Shown one piece after another: positions 1-12,474 of a stretch of 64,000 nt of DNA. Under the pieces are notes generated by a model that made no database searches, was not told where the DNA came from, and saw nothing but the letters and a program-made list of their open reading frames with translations. Numbering within the stretch: position 1 is the first letter of the stretch; each line of letters begins with the position of its first letter. Both the position numbers and the translations under genes were made by a program. The stretch is from positions 9,300,001 to 9,364,000 of the forward strand of contig NC_092673.1 of NCBI RefSeq assembly GCF_964355755.1. The letters run 5' to 3'. The DNA is from Antedon mediterranea (lineage: Eukaryota; Animalia; Echinodermata).

Positions 1-772
1 ACACGCGACTTATGCTGCCAATGTCCGATACGACACAGTTGTAGTTGCTTAGGGATACAGACGTACTGTGATTCTAGTGTCTCACTACCAAAGCATGGTA
101 TCCAAATGGATGATGACAGGGACATCCAAAAAAAGAAAGTATCTATAAAAGACATTTTTCAAGCCTTGCCGGATGGTTCTGCAAAAGCACTGATTCCATT
201 CCACACTATTAGTGGATGCGATACTACCTCATATCCAGGGAAGAGTTAAATTACATTAATACATACATACAGTAATTTAACTCTTCCCTGCTCATATCTA
301 AGTGGTCACTCAAAGGCATCGGCATGGGAAGTATTAAAAAAAAATTATGAACTAATTAAAGACATGGGAGAAAACCTATCAGTGACCAAGTTATTATGAA
401 ATCGGAAAGATTCATTTGCTATGTTTACGGTGTTGGTCAAGTTAAAAGTACCAATGAAGTTAGGCATGCCATGTTTAAAAAAAACAAAAAAACCAGAGGC
501 ATTACCTCCAACAAGCGATGCAGTGCACCAACATATAAAAAGAGTACACTTCCAAGCACTCGTATGGAAAAAAGCTGTATCGCCAATCCAGCATTTGCCA
601 TCACCAACAGATTTTGGTTGGGACTTATCTAATGGTAAACTTCAACCAGTGCTTCTGAAAAATGAAGCTATTACTCCTTCGTTAGAGATGATTTATTGTG
701 GACGCAAGACACGATGCATAACCAATAGATGTAGGTGCAAGAAGTCAAAACTACCATGTACAGCTTTATGCC
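1..772 (+). pseudogene. Academ XPG-like nuclease/Cys-rich C-terminal coding region, disrupted; last codons resume at 6559-6612 after the LINE
   Basis: ORF 421-801 (KKPEALPPTSDAVHQHIKRVHFQALVWKKA...RCRCKKSKLPCTALC). After the LINE the sequence reads CHC then, with a 1-nt shift, NNAKDDGNLCMNDQN* (stop 6610-6612). Stops and frameshifts upstream. Confidence 0.75.
236..290. mobile_element. 55-bp micro TIR element (hAT-like), 19-bp perfect TIRs, 8-bp TSD
   Basis: CAGGGAAGAGTTAAATTAC...GTAATTTAACTCTTCCCTG flanked by CTCATATC at 228-235 and 291-298; removing it and one TSD restores the frame GCDTTSYLSGHSK. Confidence 0.9.
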
Positions 773-975
773 TGTCCTTCGTCGAGTGCAGACGTGTTTG
801 AGCGGAGCTCTCACACGTATACGTTTTTAGGTACAGTACTCGCTTACCTGTGATAGCATGTTGCAAGGATAAGCTACTAACTGCATGAGACCTGTATACC
901 TACCTGGATAGTGAACGTATCGGTTGCATTAAATATAGGTACAATTTTGTTATTTATTCTAACTAAACATCTACA

Positions 976-2774
976 ATGGCCAACGTGGAAAACAAAGAGC
1001 CAAATATTTCTAATTTAAATATTAGCGCCGCTGAACCGAACACCTGGCTGCGATTTTTTTTTTCGTACATAAGTTGGGGACCCCCTCATGAAACGTCACA
1101 AAATAAACATGAATAATTCATCAGTTAAATTTTCTTGTTCCGTGTGCACCCAAGCGTATAGCAACAAGAAGTGATTACACAAGTGCGGTACGATTCTAGG
1201 CCTATCTCCGCTGTTGAAGAATAGCGGCGTTTTGTGTGGATTGTCGAAATAATCGGCCTTTAGTTTATGGTGTTTTTAATATAATTTATTACTAAAGAAT
1301 TACGTGTTAAAATTATAGTTTCTATTAATACTATTAGGCCTAATTATTAGTCTCTAAACCCATGTCTATTCTAGTAGTAGCTGTGTGGATGTGTGTGACG
1401 TGTGTGTGTGTGTTAGGTATGACCAAAGATAGTTACACTATCTTTGGTAGACACAATCCGAGTAATAAGTCAGCAAAATTAAACAATAAACATTACACAA
1501 AAATACATTTTTTATTCTCGTGGGTCAAATCTTCCCATCTCATGTGTTCATATACGCGCATTTTTAAAGTTCCTTTGAGTACATTGCATATTGTTTGATA
1601 ATTGATAGCAGAATTAAAAAAATACAGTACACAAATTATACACATTCTTTATTCTTGTGGGTCTAAGCTTTCTTTGGGCTATGTCCAAGAACGCGTGGGT
1701 GCACACGGAACAACAACTGCGATACGATTCTTTCTACAACACGTAATTCTTTAGTAATAAACTATATTAAAAACACCATAAACTAAAGGCTGATTATTTC
1801 GACAATCCACACAAAACTCCGCTATTCTATTATGAAATCAGCGGAGATAGGCCTAGAATCGTACCGCACTTCTTGTTGCTATACGCTTGGGTGCACACGG
1901 AACAAGAAAATTTAACTGATGAATTATTCATGTTTATTTTGTGACGTTTCATGATGGGGTCCCAAACTTATGTACGAAAAAAAAAATCGCCACCTGGCTG
2001 TCGACTCTCATCAAGTCAATCATGGGCTGCAAAACCATTGCTGATATTAAATCTACATTATGCGACGCAGTCACCAAGATTGTCTCCTTGGAAAAAGACA
2101 TTACCATCCTCAATCTTGAAATCACCGGTTTACAAAAAGAACTGAGGAATTTGCACGCCGATATGCAGGAAAATTCTGATTTCATGGATGTTAAGCTGAA
2201 GGATATTGCCGAGGATACGCAGCAATCCACTACGGAATGCATAGAAGAGATACGCGACAAAATCGACAACCTAGAAGGACGTCAACGCCGTAACAATCTG
2301 AGGTTTACTGGCATACCCGAACAAGCAGAGGATAGTGAAGGTACTGTTAATTTCCTTTCCTCATTTATTTCCAATACCACCGGCATCAAAATCGCTAATG
2401 ATGATATACAACGAGCCCATCGAGTTGGACCACGTAATACCACCAGGGATAAACCGAGACCACTTGTTGCATACTTTCTCAGATATTCCACTAAAGAAAG
2501 AGTACGCAAGGCAGCTCCAAAAGTGAGACCTAAATTTAAAGATAATAACATCTACGTAAATAATGATTTTACCAGCAGAGTGATAAGTAGAAGAAAGGCA
2601 TTATACTCATCGATGAAATACCTGCATTCCAACAAAGTAAAGGCCTGGCTCCACCTTGACAAATTGCGTTACATAGATGCAAATGGTTATGTTCGCACAT
2701 TCATCGACATGGATCATCTTGCCAAATACTACCCGAACCTCAAGGAAGCACATGCCCCCGTAGCTACTGAGTAA
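976..2774 (+). pseudogene. LINE ORF1p (coiled coil + L1-type RRM/CTD), interrupted by MITE 1050-1990
   Basis: Joining 976-1049 to 2000-2774 gives an open 282-aa frame MANVENKEPNISNLNISAAEPNTWLSTLIK...; motifs LEGRQRRNNLRFTGIPE, IQRAHRVG, PRPLVAYF, NNDFT. Confidence 0.85.
1050..1990. mobile_element. Non-autonomous TIR element (MULE-like), ~250-bp TIRs, 9-bp TSD
   Basis: Ends GCGATTTTTTTTTTCGTACATAAG / CTTATGTACGAAAAAAAAAATCGC; CACCTGGCT at 1041-1049 and 1991-1999. Related partial copies at ~12475-13332 and ~38340-38577. Confidence 0.88.
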
Positions 2775-2959
2775 TTCTAGTCGTCGCAATAATTTAACTT
2801 TACTTTGACTCTACTTACCGTCAACCGAAATATTACCTATAATATATTTTTTATTTCAAGAATTGTTTATTTTGCTTCTCATTAATTATGTATTAATGTA
2901 TACAGTCTCATGCATGCTTATTGCTGTATTTCTTTTTTAGATAACGCTATACGCAGCTA

Positions 2960-5900
2960 TTGTTAATGAATGTTAATTATCTTCACTTACTTCCTTTTTA
3001 TGACTTTAATGTGAACTCTGAACTTACTAACAACAATGATATTTCTAACATAACCTTTAATCCAGTTAATTACAATGAAAATGACAAATATGATGAATCT
3101 TTTGATCAACTAATTAATAATCTCAATTCACAGTCAGTTACCCTAGATGAATGCAGCTTTTATGATTATTCACAATTTAATTCTAAGTTTAATACATCCT
3201 TTAATACTAAACTATCTCTCCTGCATCTTAATATTAGAAGTATTACGCATAAAGTTAATGATCTCGAATGCCTTTTGAATTCAATTAATAACAAATTTTC
3301 CATAATCGGTATCGGTGAAACATGGCTTAATGAAAACTCCCCTATTCCTTTCATTAATAACTACTCCTTCTTTGCAAGCAATAGAAGCAATAATCAAATT
3401 GGCGGAGGAGTTGCATTTTTTATACGTAATGATAATTATTAGCATTACAATTCGAAATGACTTAAAATTACCAGACGACCTTTCCGAATCACTTTTTGTT
3501 GAGATTGAAAATTCAAAGACAAAAAATGATATTATAGGCATTATTTACAGAGCCCCCTGTGGAGGGCTAGATTCTTTTACTAAATCCGTCGATAATGTAT
3601 TACCCCAAATTAACAATGAAAACAAAAATTGTCATCTCATGGGAGACTTCAATATTGATTTATTAAAATTCCATAACCATAAATTAACAAACACTTACCT
3701 AAATACCTTAATTTCCCATTCTTTTTTTCCAACTATTTCAAAACCAACTAGGATTACCTCAACTTCGGCCACCTTGATTGATCATTTTTATTCCAAACAA
3801 TCTAACTATAAAATAGTTGCTGGTGTTTTACTTAATGATATCTCCGACCACCTTCCTATATTTCAGTTCATTGATCAAGAAATTAATGATCAAAACCTTG
3901 ATGATAATAGCGCCAACTATTCATTTCGTATAAACGACCTAAATGCCTTATCGATTGATTTAGAAGGTGAAGACTGGTCTATGATATTTGATTGTGACCC
4001 AAGATTGAGTTTTGATATATTTATTGACAAATTTACAAATATCCACTCCAGACACTTGGTTAAAAGTAGTATAAAATCAAATAAAACGTTTAAACAACCA
4101 TGGATGTCATCTGCTCTCTTAAAATGTAGTTCTCGGAAACATAAACTTTATAACAAATATATGCACACACGTAGTAATAATGACAAATTAAACTATACAA
4201 AATATAATAATATTTTCACTAATCTTTGTCGCACTGCTAAAAAGAATTATTATACTTCCCAGTTTGATAGATATAAAGGTAATCTGAAGAACACATGGCT
4301 TGTAATAAATTCTGTTTTAAATAAAGGTAATAATAATAACAAGCACCCGAATCTAATTAAAGACGGTGATAATATTTACAAAACTCAAAAAGAGATATGT
4401 GAATCGTTTAACAACTATTTTTCTACAATTGGTCCTAATCTTATTAATAGTATGCCAACTAATATAACTGATCCATTATCTTATCTTCATTCTGCGTTTG
4501 CCAACTCATTTTATATTAGCCCAGTTTCAATTGATGATGTTAACCTAACTATATACAATCTAAATTCTAATAAAGGGTCTGGATCTGACGGTATTACTGC
4601 TCGTGTCTTAATCATCCACCAACTTACCCATTGTATAAATTCATCTTTTTTATCTGGCACTTTTCCAACACACTTAAAACTAGCTAAAGTTGTGCCCATT
4701 TTCAAGAAAGGTGAACGAAGTCAATTATCTAATTACCGGCCAATATCACTACTTTCAGTGTTTTCCAAAATTATTGAAAAACTCATGTATTCTAAACTTT
4801 CTGATTATCTCACAAAATTTGATATACTTAATAAACGCCAATATGGTTTTCGAAAAAATCACTCTACATCCCATGCCGTTTTAGATCTTATTAATAATAT
4901 TACAAATTCATTTGAATCAAAAGAAAATTTATTAAGTTTATTTATTGATCTTTCAAAGGCCTTCGATGTTATTAATCACGATAATTTAATTAAAAAACTT
5001 GAGTGCTATGGAATTAGAGGTATTTCATTGAATTGGTTTAATAGTTATTTGAAAGATAGAAAACAATATGTTGCATTAGGATCTTGTACATCGTCGACGA
5101 TGGATATTATTTGCGGAGTGCCACAGGGATCTGTGCTTGGGCCATTGCTCTTCCTTATTTATGTTAATGATCTGGCTAATGTCAGTAACAAATTGCAAGT
5201 AATATCCTTCGCCGACGACACCACCTTATTTTACTCTAATTCCAATATTGATTTATTATTTACTACATTCAATGATGAATTAACAAAATTTTGTGACTGG
5301 TTTATTTCAAACAAATTACTTATTAATACTCTTAAAACAAATTATTTAATTTTTCACAATTCTCAACGTAAACTAAAAGTTGATGACCTAAATATACTTC
5401 TTGGCGGAATTCAAATTGAACGCAAAACTGAAACACTTTTTTTAGGTGTATATATTCATGAAAACCTCAAATGGACCAGTCATCAAAATTACGTTTCGAA
5501 AAAAATATCAAGATCTATTAGTATTATTAACAGACTTAAGCACTTCTTCCCTCTAAATATTTTAATTTCTCTTTATAACACACTTGTACTTTCTTATTTC
5601 CAGTATTGTAACATTATTTGGGCTGCAGATTACTCTTCTAATATTGCTAGATTAACTAAATTACAAAAACGTGCAGCTAGAATTATTACTTTTTCACCAT
5701 ATAGAACCTCATTTGAACCCCTTTTTAAACGTCTTGGTATATTAAAATTAACGGATATCCACAATGTTCAAGTTGCCAGTTTTATGTTTAATTGTTTTAA
5801 AAACCAACTTCCTATTTCTATGATTGATATGTTCTGTAAACGTACCAAATTTCACAATTACAATTTAAGAACTTCTCATTTAAACATTCCTTTTGCTAGA

Positions 5901-6044
5901 CTTACAAAAACTAAATTTTTTATAACTATATCAGGTCCTAATTTGTGGAATCATATCCCACCAAATATCAAAACGTCAATATCATTATTTACTTTCCGAA
6001 AAAAGTTAAAGAATCATTATATATCTAAATATTATACTGCTTAG
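2960..6044 (+). pseudogene. LINE ORF2p: APE endonuclease + reverse transcriptase, one frameshift near 3440
   Basis: HLNIRS, ETWL, GGGVA (ORF 2960-3442) continue into YRAP, GDFNID, SDHLP, NYRPISLL, QYGFR, DLSKAFD, GVPQGSVLGP, FADD (ORF 3315-6044). Confidence 0.92.
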
Positions 6045-6630
6045 TTAATATGCTTATTATCATTATTTATACTCATATACTATTTATGTCTTACACAAAA
6101 TATTAGTTGTTGTTTATTATTGCAATCTTTAATCTATACTATATATAATGTATATATAGTATATACTATATATATACTGGAATTATAATTTATGTATACA
6201 TATTTTTTTTTTTCATTTACCAATATCGGTAGTTATTTCATTTATAATTATCATGAAACTATTGAAATATAATTTAAATAATTTTTATAAAGAAGATGTT
6301 AGTTATGTTATTATACTGTAATTTTTTATCCTAAATTATATAATTATATATTCTAGGTTATTTTTATTTTTTTAGTAATGTGTTTTGTTATGGGTCCCTA
6401 CGAGACAAGTTTTTAACTTCTAGAAGGGATCCATGATAATAATGACTACCAATTACTGCTTTATCTATGTTCACTTTAATATCTTTTTTTTATTTTGTAT
6501 ATATTCATTCATTATTATCTAAATAAATATTATCTGAATCTGAATCTGAATCTATGCCACTGTTAACAACGCTAAAGATGACGGAAACCTTTGCATGAAT
6601 GATCAAAACTGATGCCCTTAACATGTTCAT

Positions 6631-7395
6631 TCCAAATGTAGCTTACGTGTTCACATTTTCTTTCAAACCTATACAATCATAATCCATCATATTGATGGCA
6701 GGTAATTTCCAAATGTAACTTGCATGTTCACATTTTCTTTTAAATCTATACAATTATAATCCATCATATTGATGGCAGGTAATTTTCAAATTTCCAAATG
6801 TAGCTGACGTGTTACAATTCTTTTTTAAATCTATAATCATAATCCATCATATTGATGGCAGGTAATTTTCAAATGTAGCTTACGTGTTCACATTTTCTTT
6901 TAAATCTATACAATTATAATCCATCATATTGATGGCAGGTAATTTTCAAATTTTCAAATTTTCATATTTTTGTATTTTGCCAGTTTTCAAATCACATTTC
7001 TGTTTTTTAAATGGACAATAAAGTATATATGACTATGACTATGACTATTGATGGCAGGTAATTTTCAAATTTCCAAATGTAGCTGACGTGTTACAATTCT
7101 TTTTTAAATCTATAATCATAATCCATCATATCGATGGCAGGTAATTTTCAAATGTAGCTTACGTGTTCAAATTCTTTTTTAAATCTATAATCATAATCCA
7201 TCATATTGATGGCTGGTAATTTCCAAATGTAGCTGACATGTTCACATTTTTAAAAATCTATAATCATACTCCATCATATTGATGGCAGGTAATTTAAAAT
7301 TTCAAATTTCAAATTTCAACAAATGTAACTTGCGTGTTCAATTTTTTTTTAAAAATCTATATAAATCATAATACATCATATTTGATGGCAGTGAA
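6631..7395. repeat. Tandem repeat, ~70-80-bp unit, about ten degenerate copies, inside the Academ 3' region
   Basis: Recurring CAAATGTAGCTTACGTGTTCACATTTTC...CATAATCCATCATATTGATGGCAGGTAATTT. Confidence 0.9.
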
Positions 7396-8411
7396 TTTTA
7401 TAATTTTACTAATTATTATTGTGTATAAATAATTTCATAGTTATGCAATTATATTATATTTAGTATACAGTAGGCCTATGCTGTAGTTTAAAGGTCAATA
7501 ACCATACTATCGGCCATTCTTCTACAACATGTGCCATTAGACTGGATAGAAACACACATGTTTTAAACAATTTAAAAAGAAAAAAAATGTCATAAGACCA
7601 AAATTTTCAGAGTTATATTATTATAATTGACTAATAGTTCAAAGGTCAATAGTTGTAGAATGGGCCATTTTTTGTAAAAACATTTCATTATAATAAATAT
7701 GAATGTATAGTTTCTGAACAATTTGAGCCCTATTTCGTGTCTCTCCGATTATTGGTTACTGAGATACGATAAATCAAGGTCAAAGGTCAAAATGTCAGAA
7801 ATAAGACTTGCATCCATTTTTTGAGAAAATGTTTCATTAAAGTGAATATAAAAACATATATTTAAAACATTTTGACACCAAAATTAATTATCTGTGACTA
7901 GTGGTTCTCGAGATATAGGGTAATTATAAAAAATGGCCGCCATTTTTAATTATGCAAATTAAGGGCTTAGATGGCCGAATTTCGCTTGGGATCCGCCATA
8001 TTCGTAATCAGCGAGGTCGAAATATCCTAAATCAAGTGGATCCCAGCTTCTACCCAAAAGTGCTTCTTGATTCGTTTTCTAGGCCGTTTTTTTGAGAAAT
8101 GGAACCTGTCTAAAAAAGAATCACATAAAAAGTAACAAATACATTTTTAAATTGATGATTTTACAGACGTTTTCTCGCACACAAAATGACTAGCCTACAG
8201 TACACTAGTAGCAGTATACTGTAATGTAACTCCTCGAGCTCCCCATGCTCAATGTTTTTGTTTCTATGGAACGTCAAAAGAGCAAAAATTATATAGAGGG
8301 CTGAAAACTCTGTTGGAGTCAAAGATCTTATAATCTAAAGATGTGACACTACCCGCGTTTACGCGTAACACTTTAGAAGCGTCAAATTATAGTGCGCCCC
8401 CTCGCAAGTAA

Positions 8412-9005
8412 AGCCCGGCGCACACTCTAGAGCTTTCGGCTGAGCCAACTGGCACGAGTAAAGGGTCTTTCACACCTGTTCCGGCACGGTTCCGGTCCGG
8501 CGAATCGAACATCAATGTTTCGTTTTCACGCGGCTATGCACCAATCGATATGCGCGTAGCCGCGTAAAATCGAAACATTGACGTTCGATTGGATTTTCCG
8601 GCGCCGGACTGGAACCGTGCCGGAACAGGTGTGAAAGACCCTTTACACTTGGCTCACTAAAAAATTTGCCGCAAATTGTGATCGCGTTCTATCGGACGCA
8701 CACTAAACGCCTTCAGTACGCGATTTTCTGATTGGATAATTACTTACTACGCTATACAGCACGCGCTGAAATATCATAATAAATCAGAACATGTCATGCG
8801 CAGTGGAATTTTTTAGTGAGCAGGAAGCTCACGTTCGGCGCACACTTGAGGAAAATGGCACGCGTGCCAAAAAATATTAAACACGATAGATATTTTCCTC
8901 AGCGGCACGCGTGGCCGATTCCTCACGAAATCCCCGGCGCACACTGTGAGGCAAGTGTTACTCGTGGCAGTTGGCTCAGCCGGAAGCTCTAGTGTGCGCC
9001 GGGCT
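8412..9005. mobile_element. PIF/Harbinger-type MITE nested in the P element
   Basis: TIR AGCCCGGCGCACACT / AGTGTGCGCCGGGCT, TAA at 8409-8411 and 9006-9008. Confidence 0.85.
8462..8642. mobile_element. Second Harbinger-type MITE (fold-back) nested in the left arm of the 8412-9005 MITE
   Basis: AGGGTCTTTCACACCTGTTCCGGCACGGTTCC / GGAACCGTGCCGGAACAGGTGTGAAAGACCCT, flanks TAA/TTA; removal restores GAGTAACAC, matching the opposite arm of the host. Confidence 0.85.
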
Positions 9006-9116
9006 TAACGAACTTTTGCGTGACGATTGCAATATTCTTTAGAAAATGGGATTGAGGAGTCGCGCCAAAGTTTGTATGGTTAAGAAACACTGAATGAAAA
9101 GAGAAAAAGTGGAGGG

Positions 9117-10206
9117 ATGTACTGTGCTGCAATTAATTGTAAAAGCAATTCAAAGGCCAACCCAGAACTTAAGTTTTACAATTTTCCCAAAGACAAGATC
9201 AGGTAAATTTATGTAATTAAATAAGTAGCCTAGCCTAGTACATCTTAACAACATATGCTATGATTATATAGGCCTAGGCCTAGGGACTAGCCTAATCTTA
9301 CTTTACTTTTTTTTACTTTTCAATTTATACATAGGCTAGGCCTAGGCTATATTAATAAACTAGGCTAGGTAGGCCTATTATTAATAATTATTATTTAAAC
9401 GTATGAAATGATTATTATTATCATTATTAGGCTACTAGGCCTAGGCTAGGCCTACTAGGCTAGTACATTAGTTATATAACAGTGAAATTACACTAATTTC
9501 ACTGTTCCCTGGTTATATATTACTTATCCTTTAACATTTAGTACCCTTAACAAACAATTTTTAAAACTTTCAATTCAAGAAACATTTATTGACCAAATAT
9601 CATTACAATTGTTGGCATATAAGTAAAAATTTGGTCGAAAGAATACAAGAAGCCCAATTGGCATGTCGCTGTAGGCCTAGTCCCTCTTTTTACATTGTAC
9701 AAATAATAATAATAATATAATACTTAATATAAACAAATTGTGATCTTGATTATTTCATGCTTTCCGTCTCATGGTTAATATTTGCTTTCTGTCTCATGGT
9801 TATTTTATTTCGTTTAATTTAACTAGCCGTTACATACATTACAGTATATTACTTATCCGTTGAGTAGCCCTAACAAACAATTTTTAATTGAATCTTATAC
9901 TTAATATTTATGAAATTCAACCGTTAGTTAGTTAGTGGTTTTAGGTTAGGCTTAAGTATTTGATTTTAGGCCCTAACCAATTTGAAAATCAATTAGCATG
10001 CACGTAGACGTCCTATAATTACGTAAACGTTAATTATGATAAAGCAAAAACTCACTAGACAATTATTAATTTACAGGTGTGCAAAATGGGCCCAGAACAC
10101 ACGACGCGCGGATTTGAGAAGGAAACCAAGTTCCTATTTACACCGTAATAGCCACTTGTGCAATATTCATTTCGAAGAATCTCAAATACTGATTAATCAA
10201 CAATAA
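9117..10206 (+). pseudogene. THAP zinc-finger domain of P transposase (exons 9117-9202 and 10077-10206)
   Basis: Spliced across GT..AG 9203-10076: MYCAAINCKSNSKANPELKFYNFPKDKIRCAKWAQNTRRADLRRKPSSYLHRNSHLCNIHFEESQILINQQ*, with the C2CH ligands and conserved FP, W and HF. Confidence 0.85.
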
Positions 10207-10825
10207 CGCCTTTAAGTTTATACTCACAGGCAGACTAAATCAAGATTGCCTTGAGAACTTATTTTCTATTGTCAGAGGGAGAGGGGGTCATCGCTATTAC
10301 CCAATGGCAGATGAATTTAGAGCCTCCCTGAAGGAAGTTATGTGCAACAGGATGTTAATTCCGTCAGGGAATTCGAATTGCCTAGTAGAAGACACTGATC
10401 GACAGCTAGATGGAATTGATGCAATAATGATGGCCCAATCATCATCATCATCATCGCATCATGTTGCCGATCAAGAAGACAACGATGCCACCACTGACGA
10501 CAACTGCTGCTTAGAAGACTTTGAGATGACTCAGCTAAATACTTTAGTATTGTAGCCGGTTACGTCGTCAAGAAAGCAAGTGTAAAGCACAATTGCGATA
10601 TCTGTAACAGTGCGATGCGAGAAACCAATCGAAAACTGGAAGACCCAAAGCAGCTAGTTCCTAACACATTTTATGAAGCTGAATGTTTGTTCACCAGCAA
10701 TTGAAACATTGCTAATTGAAACGTACGTAAACCTACGCATATTCTATGCTGTTAAATTCTTCAACAGAGACATAATCAGTGATAAGAAGAAGAGTGAAAA
10801 ATTAATTAAAGTATCACATTTATGA
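10207..10825 (+). pseudogene. P transposase C-terminal remnant
   Basis: FKFILTGRLNQDCLENLFSIVRGRGG (catalytic Glu region of P/THAP9 transposases), then YVVKK...CDIC and RIFYAVKFFNR-like segments with stops. Confidence 0.85.
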
Positions 10826-12474
10826 GGTATGCCATAAAGTTGTAGGAGGTCTGTACGCGCCTTGGTCTGTGCATTATCGGCTAGAAATGATGATCATTAC
10901 GACGGTCTGGTATGATGATTGAATAATTGTAAATATGATGATTTTATTTCAATGTTTCTACATTTTTTATATTTCTTCTGGGTGGCCCGTGCATCATTTT
11001 GCAATAGTTATTGAGTTAATTTTAAACTGAGACTACTATAACATAACTAATTGCTATCTCAGGTTTTAAATAAATTATAATAACAAATGAATGTCATGGC
11101 GAATGATGGGTACATAATGTCTCAGAATTGACTATCATAATCTGTTTCATGTCATGACTGTAGGCTTAAGCCTATGATTGTTTATAAATATATTCCTAAA
11201 AATTACTGCAATAAAAATAATAGTCGAAGTAGTGATTTTCAAAAAGTGACTTCTTGTTCTTTTTTAATTGTTTATAACACACTATTGGACTACTATATTT
11301 TCCTAATCTGTACTGTTTTGCTGCTGGATAAAAAGGAAGAACATATCAAGAACAAAAACGGAATACGATGCGCTTAGTGTTGTTAATACCAGAGGGACCG
11401 ACTCGCATAAATAAGTAGTGATGTGAGTGATGATTACTCCTAGATGATGATTTTGAGGATGATGATAAACATTCAATAATAACAACAATATTCAGTAATT
11501 AAAACAAATAGAGATATACAAAGTACAGGAAATAATTTATTATAATTTAATCGCACATTACCGCAATTATTGTGATGAAAAAAATTGAGTATTCAGTTAC
11601 AATACAGTAGACATATCTGATCCATAAATCTACTCGTTTGAGCGAGAGGGCGCCCTATAAAATGAGCTCCATGTGTGTTACATAAATCGCACGTAAAATT
11701 CCGAGAGTATCCTATCTTTAGTATATAAGATCTTTGGTTGGAGTCCATCTACAGTGTGGATGGAACAATGTAAAATTAAAATTGTAATGATAATAGTATA
11801 ATCATGCAAGTACGAAGAAATAAATACTGGCAAATAAATTTTAACTTAAAAATCATGATAAGTTTTTTTGTTTCGTTTTCTTTCTGTTTTTATACTTGTA
11901 CTATTATTGTTGCTTTTTTGGCGCTCCATAGAAACAAAAACATTGAGCATGGGGAGCTCGAGGAGTTACATTACAGTATACAAAGAAACGTCTGTAAAAT
12001 CATAAATTTAAAGGATTTATTTATTTGTTATTATGTGTTTCTCCTTCTGAAAGTACTTATAAGTCCTAATTTTAAAGTGTGGTATTCAGGATAAAGTTAG
12101 TCAACAAATTTGGAGTCAAAATAAGAAAGGCAGGTGCGTAAGAAAAACATCCTCTGAACCAACACATTGGAGTAAATATATACCAACAAACAACCCGTCA
12201 AGTTTGTTTGTTGTAAAGAAAAAATATACATTTACTCAACGGGCAAAAATAATGTGAGTTTATCTATGTTTTGCGGTAGTATTAAATTATATTTATGGTA
12301 ATAAATGAAACCTACTGTGTTTAAAATTATGTATGGATAAACAAGTATTGTTTTTAAGCTGTAGTATATCTTAGAATTTGTAATCTTAGGTCTTGGGTCT
12401 TAGCTTTCGTGATCTTAGGTCTTAGGGGGTCTTAGCTTTCGTGGTCTTAGGTTTCGTGACACCCTTCTTTCTTC

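Larger units (their letters stand above)
773..6552 (+). mobile_element. Full-length CR1/L2-group non-LTR retrotransposon
   Basis: ORF1 plus APE/RT ORF2, AT-rich 3'UTR, AATAAA followed by an (ATCTGA)n tail at ~6532-6552; TSD TATGCC at 767-772 and 6553-6558; interrupts the Academ Cys-rich tail. Confidence 0.88.
1..8112 (+). mobile_element. Academ-like (XPG-nuclease/Cys-rich type) DNA transposon, 3' part; left end outside window
   Basis: Degenerate frames give DTDV and H3TH-like GCDTTSYLSGHSKASAW motifs, then LPPTSDA...WKKA...GW and a Cys-rich tail, matching the XPG + Cys8 architecture described for Academ. The 3' region has tandem repeats and TGACCTTTGACC/AAAATGGCCGCC motifs and ends ...GGAACCTGTCTA at 8112 (CTA terminus, like the element at 21728-24911). 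Confidence 0.7.
8320..11736 (+). mobile_element. P-element superfamily (THAP) transposon, internally deleted
   Basis: TIRs CAAAGATCTTATA..CTAAAGAT / ATCTTTAG..TATAAGATCTTTG; 8-bp TSD GTTGGAGT (8312-8319, 11737-11744); THAP exons and a transposase C-terminal remnant inside. Confidence 0.92.
8113..12084. mobile_element. Host MITE split by the P element; outer part of its left arm cut off by the Academ end
   Basis: 8113-8300 is an inverted copy of ~11880-12045. Copies at ~53570 and ~56237 show the arm normally starts TACCACACCTTAGAATTATG..., which is absent before 8113 but matches the right end (...TTTTAAAGTGTGGTA, 12084). Confidence 0.65.

Noticed and set aside
773-801. C-terminus LSFVECRRV of ORF 421-801
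   Set aside because: Read-through into the LINE 5'UTR; the native end is at 6559-6612.
1941-1999. Start of the 277-aa ORF in the track ([16 protein letters not shown])
   Set aside because: A GTG start inside the MITE TIR; the real ORF1 start is ATG 976.
6631-7395. CRISPR-like periodicity
   Set aside because: Whole units repeat with no unique spacers, no cas genes, eukaryotic context.
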